The notes beneath the pieces were generated by a model. The model had not been told where the DNA came from. It worked only from the letters and a program-made list of their open reading frames with translations, and ran no database searches. From positions 1,240,001 to 1,297,884 of the forward strand of contig CP142730.1 of NCBI GenBank assembly GCA_036630325.1: a DNA stretch of 57,884 nt. Direction: 5' to 3'. The stretch comes from Vairimorpha necatrix (Eukaryota). This document shows, piece after piece, positions 11,902-20,294 of this stretch. How positions within the stretch are numbered: the stretch's first letter is position 1; each line of letters begins with the position of its first letter. Made by a program: the position numbers and the translations under genes.

Positions 11902-12930
11902 TTATAATTCATTTATAGCATTTTTAGTATGTTTAATCTTAAATAATTTGTAAGAATAATACATAACTAGAATTATTAATGGAATAATGATGAATAATAC
12001 AACAGTTATTAGATTAGATGGAGACATCACAGGGTTACGCTTAGTATCGCCATCATCAGAAGATGAATCTTCTTCATTAACATGATTTGATTGCGAAATC
12101 TCCTGTTTGATATCAAGCTTGCTAGGATTGCAATCCTCTTTAGTACGGAAAACTGGTTTTTTGTTGTCATATAATTCTGTCTTGGTATTGTTTTCTCGAA
12201 ATTCAATTGTACTAGTATCAAAATTCTTATCAAATTCTAATTCTTTATTGGTATTATTTTCTCGAAATTCAATTGTACTAGTATCAAAATTCTTTTCAAA
12301 TTCTAGTTCTTTATTGGTATTATTTTCGCTAAATTCAATTGCATCAGTTCCAGAATTCTTTTTAAATTCTACTTCTTTATTATTATTATTTTCTCTAAAT
12401 TCAATTGCATCAGTTCCAGAATTCTTTTTAAATTCTACTTCTTTATTATTATTATTTTCTCTGAATTTAATTGCATCAGTATCAGAACGTTTTATAAATT
12501 CTAATTCATTATTGTTATTATTTTCTCTAAATCCAATTGCATCAGTATCAGAACGATTAATAAAAGCCAATACTTTAATGGTATTGTTTTCTCTAAATTC
12601 AATTGCGTCAGTATCAGAATTTTTTTTAAATTCTTTTTCGTGTTGAAATACCTCTATAAAATTAATATTTACATAATATTTATACTCTATCTTTGGTTCA
12701 CTTTTATCATCAATGATTACACTTGCAACTTCGCTTTTGAAAGATTCTATATCTAACGCATTCACATTTTGCTCTTTAATTTCTATTCTCGATTCATTTT
12801 CAATACGTAAATGCCTTCTTAATGCTTGATATTTTAAATAAATGGATACAATACCAGACAAATATTCAATAATATGATTTCCATGATTAATGAAAGTTAA
12901 ATATAAGCAAACAAACATGATAAAAAACAT
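11902..12930 (-). CDS. Hypothetical type I membrane/surface protein with 22-aa tandem repeats
   Basis: Lies within the 368-aa ORF. The likely start is the ATG at 12930 (GCCCTATT-ATG), giving a hydrophobic N-terminus MFFIMFVCLYLTF. C-terminal TM LITVVLFIIIPLIILVMYY. Confidence 0.85.
   Translation of the reverse strand: MFFIMFVCLYLTFINHGNHIIEYLSGIVSIYLKYQALRRHLRIENESRIEIKEQNVNALDIESFKSEVASVIIDDKSEPKIEYKYYVNINFIEVFQHEKEFKKNSDTDAIEFRENNTIKVLAFINRSDTDAIGFRENNNNNELEFIKRSDTDAIKFRENNNNKEVEFKKNSGTDAIEFRENNNNKEVEFKKNSGTDAIEFSENNTNKELEFEKNFDTSTIEFRENNTNKELEFDKNFDTSTIEFRENNTKTELYDNKKPVFRTKEDCNPSKLDIKQEISQSNHVNEEDSSSDDGDTKRNPVMSPSNLITVVLFIIIPLIILVMYYSYKLFKIKHTKNAINEL
12180..12640 (-). repeat. Intragenic 66-bp tandem repeat (about 7 copies)
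   Basis: ATTCAATTGTACTAGTATC recurs at 12201 and 12267. Peptide unit of type IEFRENNTNKELEFDKNFDTST. Confidence 0.92.
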
Positions 12931-13849
12931 AATAGGGCTTAAAAAATAGCAATATATAACAACAAGATCACACTTGAATTTATTAAAGATTAAATTTATA
13001 GATAACAACGAGAAATACTTTTAAAATAATTTTCTTAGATTTTTACAGTTCATAACAAGATGTAAAAATCTTTTTTTAAAATATTTGACAGGAAAAAAAT
13101 TTTGAAAATCATTTGTAAAGCATTAATATGCATAAAATAATTCGAGGCTAAGATCATATTGTCTTTTCATTGCCACATTCTTGAATAATAAATATTAAAT
13201 AGTTAGATTTAGATCGAGGCACTCAGAAGTACATTAAAATGTCATATTTTTGTAAAGATATAATAATAATCATTAAATTTATGATGGCTGTCAATTTTTC
13301 ATTTTTTTTATTTTTGATAATTTTCCCTTAAAATTTGTTTACGTTTAACAATACATACGGTTATATATTGCTAATAAATTTACAAGAAAACTTCTTTAAA
13401 GCTGAATTACTATTGACCTTAAATTTTACTCTCTAAATATATAGCCACTTATGGCTAAAGATGCTAATACAATCCCCTCTCTAAATATGTTCACTTTATT
13501 TTTTCGAACCCCTAAAAAAAAGTGCAAAAAAGCAGGAGCATGAAGGAGACAAAAATTACTAAGCACTTATGACATTAAAATAAAAAAATAAATATATTAT
13601 AAATTTAGTTTAAAATTATTTAAGGTATTGTACCTTATTTACCCTTTTTAGGGTGGAGGATACATTAGACCCCCTTTTTAAAGCGCTTCAATTTTTTTTC
13701 GAACCCCAAAATTGAAATGCAAAAAAAAGAGGAGCAAGAAAGGAATAAAAATTTCATGCCACTTTTAGCATTAAAAATACAAAATAATAAAATAAAGCGG
13801 CTTTAAATTAATTTTTAAACACAATATGTTATACAAAACCACTTTTTTA

Positions 13850-14342
13850 TCATATTTTTGAAGGGTTTGTGTTAATTATTTCTTATAAAAGTAAACAGAT
13901 AAAGAAATAGATTTACATCTTTTTTAGTCCAATATCTTGCAGAAATCACTCTTTTTACACCAGCCCATGTTCCTGTAATTGTGTTAGTATGAACACCATT
14001 CTCTATGTTTTAAAACCAAGGGAATGGTTAACTGTATGGTGTTCGTATAAGCCTAAGTGATTCAAATTTATATACCCTCTCCAACAATCAATATTTAATA
14101 CTTCCGGGATGTACATATTCTTTAGACAATCTTTCAAGAGTCATGGCTTTTCTATTTTTAACTTTAAGTAAGATTAAGCCTCGTTCCGTCGTCCTTTCCA
14201 CCATTCCAAGTACCCATACGCGTATCTTTGTGGCCATTGTTGTATTTTCTCTTTCCGAATTTAGATTCGTCAATCTCTACAATTATACCTGGACCTCCTA
14301 TTTTTTATTACCAGTTATATGCTTACTAAAGTTTTTGATAAT
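13850..14342 (-). pseudogene. Merlin/IS1595 DDE transposase, catalytic part (frameshifted)
   Basis: The minus strand reads IGGPGIIVEIDESKFGKRKYNNGH, VWVLGMVERT, DCWRGY, HTVNHS and GVHTNTITGTWAGVKR across frameshifts. The expected HTNTIEG glutamate is a T here. Confidence 0.9.
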
Positions 14343-14440
14343 TCTATTGTAGGAAGTGCTACACATGTCAAATATATTGTGTCATTGTTTTGATATATTT
14401 GACATGTTGTTTCTTTAAATATTTTATAATAATTAAACCC

Positions 14441-15667
14441 ATGTTTTTATCCCAACAATTTGGCGACAACGTCAGGAACTTTCTCATTTTCAGAAATGAA
14501 GAAAAAGATGATCCACAACAGTTCTTGGAGGACTTGCAGGATGTGGGGAGGCTGATGGAGTACAGTGAGAGTAAACTTGTACTCCTTTTCAGAATGTCGT
14601 TAAAAGATGAAGCGAGGGATTGGTTGATAGCGCAGCCAATTGGTCTTTCACTTGAAAGACTGAAATTTTTGTTTCAAGAAAGATTTGTGGGTTCTATGGC
14701 GATGAAAGTGAGTATAGATAAACTTTCCGCTCTTCAATATCATGGTGGATCGCTAATCAACTATCTAGATAAGATGGCGGGATTGGCGCGCAGGGCGAAT
14801 GTTCCGGAAGGTGTATTAATTGCTTTTGTACTAAAAGGAATTCCGAACAATATAGCAAATTCGATCTTAATAAATAACAAAGACTCATTATCCTGGGAGT
14901 ACCTATATAAAGCCATAAGGAATGTTTTGGAAGTGGATGATACACGTCATAAAGAAATTTCGCGTGGAGATTATGTGGATGTAAAAGCGATTAGCTGCAA
15001 GGTCCACGATAGAAAGATTTGGACTTCTAAAAGGAACAAAGAAAAGAGATGTTTTATTTGCGGAAAGAAAGGCCATACAGTAGCACGGTGTAAATTTAAT
15101 AGTTACCGTAGAGATATAAGCGAAGTCAAGAAACCCCAAGAAGAAGGAGAAAATAAGAAGGTGGATGTAAAGGAATTTATTTATAATTACTCTGTTGCAA
15201 AGGTCAAGGATGATAGGACTACGCTCAAAGAAGCGTCATTAAATAATTCGGAAGTTAAATTTAAAGCGCTCATCGATACTGGTGCTGATATAAATCTAAT
15301 TAGACCAGAGATTTTGCCAAATAAAACCGTTGTTAATCGTTCTAAACAACAGCTTAGGGCAGCCAATGGATCGAAAATAAGGATCATTGGAGAAACAGTA
15401 GTTAAAATAAAAATTGAGGGAATGATATTTGAAGATAAATTTATTATTACTAGGGATATCACAATTCCCTGCATTATAGGACAGGGGTTACTAGACATGT
15501 ACAAGATAAATTTAAAATTTGGAAGTAACAAAATGGAAATTGAATCTGGACTTTTGGCAAAGGGAAAAGCCATAGGATACATAAAATTATCACAAAGAAT
15601 GATAACCCAATACTATCTCAGTTATACAAATTGGGGGGAGCAAAAGAGGATATTGCGTCCCAAATAG
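14441..15667 (+). CDS. Gag-protease
   Basis: Start ACCC-ATG at 14441 inside the 5' LTR. Retrotransposon-gag-like LKDEARDW...FQERF; CFICGKKGHTVARC knuckle; protease ALIDTGADINLI...IIGQGLL. Confidence 0.9.
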   Translation: MFLSQQFGDNVRNFLIFRNEEKDDPQQFLEDLQDVGRLMEYSESKLVLLFRMSLKDEARDWLIAQPIGLSLERLKFLFQERFVGSMAMKVSIDKLSALQYHGGSLINYLDKMAGLARRANVPEGVLIAFVLKGIPNNIANSILINNKDSLSWEYLYKAIRNVLEVDDTRHKEISRGDYVDVKAISCKVHDRKIWTSKRNKEKRCFICGKKGHTVARCKFNSYRRDISEVKKPQEEGENKKVDVKEFIYNYSVAKVKDDRTTLKEASLNNSEVKFKALIDTGADINLIRPEILPNKTVVNRSKQQLRAANGSKIRIIGETVVKIKIEGMIFEDKFIITRDITIPCIIGQGLLDMYKINLKFGSNKMEIESGLLAKGKAIGYIKLSQRMITQYYLSYTNWGEQKRILRPK

Positions 15668-17934
15668 TGAAAGAGTATCTAAAACGTGGAATAGTTAGAC
15701 CAAGTGTAAGCGCATGGCGAAGCCCGATAATTATAGTCCCTAAAAAGAATGGAGACCACAGATTATGTGTGGATTATCGAAGATTAAATGATGCGACTAT
15801 TAGAGATGCGTATCCAATGCCTAGAGTAGAAGAGTTCATCAACGCTTTAGAGGGTGCAACATACTTTACTAAATTAGACGCTGAATCGGGCTATCACCAA
15901 ATAGATATGGCGCCGTGTGATATTGAGAAGACAGCCTTTGCCTGTAGAGAAGGCTTATTTGAATTTACAAAAAAGCCATTTGGACTTGTTAATGGTCCAG
16001 CTACATTTCAGCGGGTGATGAATAACATATTGAGGGAATTTTTGTTTAAGTTTGTGGTAGTATATATGGATGATATACTGATTTATAGTAAAACTGAAGA
16101 AGATCATAAGAAAGATGTTCAAATGGTATTAGAGAAGCTCAAGTCGGTAGGACTGAAACTTAATGAGGATAAATGCGAATTTAATAAGACAGAATTAAAA
16201 ATTTTAGGTCATGTGATATCAAAAGAGGGAATAAGTGTGGACGAAGAAAGGTTTAGGAGCATTCAACAGTTACCAATTCCTAAAAGTAAGAAGAAATTAC
16301 AATCTTTGTTGGGGCTGTATAATTATTGCTCTAAATTTATTAAAAACAGCCATAAAGTGGTTAGCCCACTATTCGATATAATAAGACTCAAGAATGAGGA
16401 CGCTGATAACTTTTGGAAAAATGCAGAGAATGATGCAAAATACTGCAAGGCAATCGAAGAGGTAAAACAGGCTATGAAGAGAACAGCTTTATTGACAATT
16501 CCAAATTTAAAGGATAGATTTATATTGACTACGGATGCATCGAATGAGGGAAGTGGGGCAACATTGGCTCAGATGGTCGGAGGAAAAGAAAAGATTATTT
16601 CTTATTACAGCTCTTTACACTCCAAGACAGAAAAAAACTATTCTACTACTGAGCAAGAATTGCTAGCAGTTATAAAATCGATTCAAAACTTCAGAGAATA
16701 TTTATTATTGGGGAAATTTACGCTAAAAACGGATCATCAGGCTTTAAAATATTTGTTTAAGTCTAGGAATGTAAAAGCTAGGTTGGCTAGATGGTCATTA
16801 CTGCTACAAGAATATGATTTCGACATTGAATATATTACAGGACCATCAAACCATACAGATCACCTAAGCAGAGATTTTAAAAAACAGGAGGAGATAGTTT
16901 CAGAAATAAGTTCAATACAAAGGAAAATAGTTAAAAAAGAAAGGACAATAGTGTTATTAAAGTTTTACCATGATTTATTAGGGCATGGATCAAAACAAAA
17001 TATGAAATATAATATTGGTCGAAAATTTACTTGGAAGAATATGAGTAGAGACATAGAAAATTATGTAGATAATTGTGAAATTTGTCAAAAAGAAAAACCT
17101 CAGAGAAAATTTAGAGATATTGTACCATTAGTAACAAAGACAATAGGAGAAATCTGGGAAGTAGACATAGTAGGGCCCTTGAGAGAAAGCGAGCAAGGAT
17201 ATAAATTTTTATTGACAATGATTGATCACTTTTCGAAAATTGCAGAGGTGGTGCCGATTTATACAAAAGATATGAATACGGTTATTTATCTGGTAGATAA
17301 ACATATAGTCAGGAAGTATGGTATTCCAAAGGCAATTTTATCTGATAATGGTAAAGAATTCAAAAATAATATCTGTGAGGAATATGCGAAGACCAAAAAA
17401 TTCATCTGGAAATATGGTTCCCCTTATAAACCTACAACCACGGGGCTTGTTGAGAGGTTTAACAGAACAATAGCCATAAAATTAAGGAAGGTTACAGAAT
17501 TTGGGAAATTTGATTGGGCGAAATGTGTCCCTAAAGTAGTCCGAGCCTATATGCAATCATATCATAGGGCTATAGGGTGTGCACCAATAGAACTTTTAAC
17601 AGGAATAGTTCCAAATAAGATAGATATACAAGAAGGAATGCACCTAACAAAGGATAAGAAAGAGTTTCAGAAGCAGGCGATTAAGAATTTGGAAGTTTAC
17701 AGACAAGAATATGACACGGGTAATAAAGCTAATGCTGTTGATAAGGATGCCATTAAGGTGGGAGATAGAGTTTGGTATCATTTAATTTTACCGTTTAGAG
17801 GAAAACTCGAACCAAAATGGGAAGAAAAAGGAGTTGTAGTAGAGAAAAAATTTCATTCATTTAAAGTTTTATTAGATAGTGGGAAGACTGTTACAGCAAG
17901 CCGAAATCATGTTAAGCTTTTAAAGGAGGGGTAG
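15544..17934 (+). CDS. Pol (RT-RNase H-integrase), in the -1 frame relative to gag-PR
   Basis: Frame open from 15544. HKIITKNDNPI, LCVDYRRLN, YMDD, TDAS, TDHQAL, HDLLGH...CEIC, VDIVG/SDNG/VERFN. No ATG start of its own near the 5' end. Confidence 0.9.
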   Translation: MWTFGKGKSHRIHKIITKNDNPILSQLYKLGGAKEDIASQIVKEYLKRGIVRPSVSAWRSPIIIVPKKNGDHRLCVDYRRLNDATIRDAYPMPRVEEFINALEGATYFTKLDAESGYHQIDMAPCDIEKTAFACREGLFEFTKKPFGLVNGPATFQRVMNNILREFLFKFVVVYMDDILIYSKTEEDHKKDVQMVLEKLKSVGLKLNEDKCEFNKTELKILGHVISKEGISVDEERFRSIQQLPIPKSKKKLQSLLGLYNYCSKFIKNSHKVVSPLFDIIRLKNEDADNFWKNAENDAKYCKAIEEVKQAMKRTALLTIPNLKDRFILTTDASNEGSGATLAQMVGGKEKIISYYSSLHSKTEKNYSTTEQELLAVIKSIQNFREYLLLGKFTLKTDHQALKYLFKSRNVKARLARWSLLLQEYDFDIEYITGPSNHTDHLSRDFKKQEEIVSEISSIQRKIVKKERTIVLLKFYHDLLGHGSKQNMKYNIGRKFTWKNMSRDIENYVDNCEICQKEKPQRKFRDIVPLVTKTIGEIWEVDIVGPLRESEQGYKFLLTMIDHFSKIAEVVPIYTKDMNTVIYLVDKHIVRKYGIPKAILSDNGKEFKNNICEEYAKTKKFIWKYGSPYKPTTTGLVERFNRTIAIKLRKVTEFGKFDWAKCVPKVVRAYMQSYHRAIGCAPIELLTGIVPNKIDIQEGMHLTKDKKEFQKQAIKNLEVYRQEYDTGNKANAVDKDAIKVGDRVWYHLILPFRGKLEPKWEEKGVVVEKKFHSFKVLLDSGKTVTASRNHVKLLKEG

Positions 17935-18049
17935 TGTAGGAAGTGCTACACATGTCAAATATATTGTGTCATTGTTTTGATATATTTGACATGTTGTTTC
18001 TTTAAATATTTTATAATAATTAAACCCATGTTTTTATCCCAACATCTAT

Positions 18050-18328
18050 AAATTGTTTTTCGACCAAAACTATATTTTATTTAATTGTTTTTATGGCCGT
18101 ATTTCAACAAAAAGAAATATGACTTGGCATATTATCAACCATGGCAATTTAGATCTATTAAAACCTTTCTTTTTTGATATCGTTATTTTTTCTGCAACTT
18201 TTTGTTGTACATCTCATTTGATTATGTATTTCTATACGTCTGTCTACGTTCCCACTACAAAGTAGACAAAACCTTGAATTTAAAGTAGATATAAATATTT
18301 TCTCAACGTCCTTGTAGAATTCTGTCAT
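18050..18328 (-). pseudogene. Merlin transposase N-terminal zinc-ribbon part
   Basis: CCCC motif then ATG at 18328. CLLC...MRCTTKSC. Lies between the Gypsy 3' TSD and the right TIR. Confidence 0.75.
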
Positions 18329-18672
18329 TTTTAAGGGGAAAAAAATAAAAATTATCATAAAATAAATGAATATGAATTTATTTTAAAATTTTAAGTAGAC
18401 ACTTTTTATTTTTAGATCTTGGTTTAAAATTTAATTTTAAGCCGTTTTATATTAATTTTTGTATTTTTAATGTTTAAGTGGCAAGAAATTTTTGTCCCTT
18501 TCTTGCTTTTCTTTTTTTTTGCACTTCAATTTTGGGGTTCGAAAAAAAATTGAAGCGCTTTAAAAAAAGGGGGGGGGTCTAATATACCCCACCTCACCCT
18601 TTATATTTTTTTTCAATTTTTGGTTTATTATAAAAGAAGATTTTTTTTCTAAAATCTCATTTTATAATCTGA

Positions 18673-18917
18673 TGTGGTATCCACCACAATTAATTCTTAA
18701 ATATTTCTTCCCTTTCAATTTTAGAAAATATTTTTTATAAAATAAAAATAATTAAAGAAGGTCATACAAAAACGAGAAGAAACTATCAGACAGACAATCA
18801 GCAAACATGACTCCACAGCGAGATCATGAACTTAAACCTTTAAATAAATATATATATTTATTTGTTCACTCATAGAACAACAACTTCGTTTCGGACTTCT
18901 CACCCGAGGTTATGACA
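18673..18917 (+). repeat. Probable degenerate solo LTR (TGTGGTAT family)
   Basis: Begins TGTGGTATCCACCACA like the LTRs at 43483 and 51705, shares AATCAGCA with the 43483 LTR, and ends CCCGAGGTTATGACA. No TSD recovered. Confidence 0.45.
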
Positions 18918-19334
18918 ACCAAAAAAATATAAATAACATTTATGTAAGGAAAATTTAATAATTGTTCTACAATCTAGACAGTTTGTTTAATGAAAAAATA
19001 AAATTTAAAATATGTTAAGTTACAAGAATTATGTAGTTTTTTTTTTGTTTGTATTCTTTTTTAAATCAAATTTCGTATAAAAATATATAATTATTTGGTA
19101 TTTTTACTATTTAAAGATGCAAGTAATTTGAGTGCTAATGATTGCTCCTCCTTTATTTTGCACTTCGTTTTTGAAATACAAAAAGATATAGAAACCCCTC
19201 GGAGCGGAGCGTTTTGGTGCCCAATTCTAAAAAATCAGAATAGTAAAAATGCTTATTAATTTATGTAATTGTAAGAACTCAAATTATAATATAATTGTGT
19301 ACATAAATATATATATTTTGTTATTGTTTTTAAT

Positions 19335-19975
19335 CCAGTACAAGAGATCATGGAAAATGATCGTGCAGAAATAAGAGTAGATACGAGAATATCCACTAAC
19401 ATAAATGTGACCCATAATAAGCCTGCTATTCTTGTGTTGACAAGAAGAAGAAAGAAATTTTAATAGTTGAAGTTGTATAACCAACCAGGATCGACTTACT
19501 ATACCAAGAACGAAAAACCAAGAAATATTACCTTCCTGCAAATGAACTGGGACTAATAAATCTCGGACGAGAATAGTTCCTTATGTAATGACATGGGATG
19601 GAGTGATAACTAAATATCACAGAAAGTACACCAGGGAGCTAGAAATCCAACCACGCCCGGAAGCATAAATCCAGTCTATTGTGATGAAGAAGACTCTAGA
19701 GTCCATCTCTTTGGAACTACGACGAGGATACGATCAGATGCAAAAGAAGAAGAAGAAGAAGTGGCTAGAGCTGTAAGCGCAATAGCGAATATGGCGACTG
19801 TTAAAGAAGTGGTGTCGGCAAATGGGAATGAAGCTGAAAAGGTGAAGTTGGAAAACATTAATAATTCCACAGAAACAAAAGTCTGTGAAGAGCTAAATCC
19901 CATGAGCGATACCGGGGATAGCTATGCTAACACTATTTAAAATTAATTATAAATTAGCCCAATAAATTACTTATT
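19335..19975 (+). mobile_element. 5'-truncated non-LTR retrotransposon, restriction-like endonuclease (RLE) C-terminus, decayed
   Basis: Broken frames give AEIRVDTRI..HNKPAILV, DKKKKEILIVEV, ANELGLI and IVPYVMTWDGVITKYHRKY...IQSIVMKKTLESISLE. This is a PD..E/K-type RLE pattern. Confidence 0.8.
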
Positions 19976-20294
19976 TATTGTTTTTCAATATCATAAGTGC
20001 TTGGTGATTTTAGCTCTTCTTTGCTCCTCCTTTTTTTGCAATTCGTTTTTGAGATTCGATAAAATGAACACCCTTAAAAAGGGGCTGTAGTTTGCTTAAG
20101 CCTATGGATTTGTTTTGACATTTAAACTGATGGGTTTCAAATAAAAAACATTTTTTTGCCTGTCAAAAATTTTGCTAAATATTGAAATACTATTCATTGA
20201 AAAGTTGGATGTCTAAATATTAAATAATAAAAAAAATATTAATACTTAATTTAATTAAAAATTTTTTACTATCTAAAAAAATCGTTGTAACCCC

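Larger units (their letters stand above)
14348..18044 (+). mobile_element. Ty3/Gypsy LTR retrotransposon with 110-bp LTRs (family B, recent)
   Basis: Identical LTRs at 14348-14457 and 17935-18044 (TGTAGG...CCCAACA). TSD TCTAT at 14343-14347 and 18045-18049. PBS-like TGGCGACAAC at 14461. PPT AAAGGAGGGGTAG at 17922-17934. Confidence 0.96.
13658..18589 (-). mobile_element. Merlin (IS1595-like) DNA transposon interrupted by a Gypsy insertion
   Basis: Imperfect TIRs of about 160 bp (about 13658-13820 and 18421-18589) share ATTAGACCCCC...AAAGCGCTTCAATTTTTTTTCGAACCCCAAAATTGAA. Transposase remnants lie on both sides of the Gypsy element. TSD not resolved. Confidence 0.88.

Noticed and set aside
12931-13008. 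N-terminal extension of the 368-aa ORF
   Set aside because: Begins at a non-ATG codon. The ATG at 12930 has a CCC motif and gives a signal-like N-terminus.
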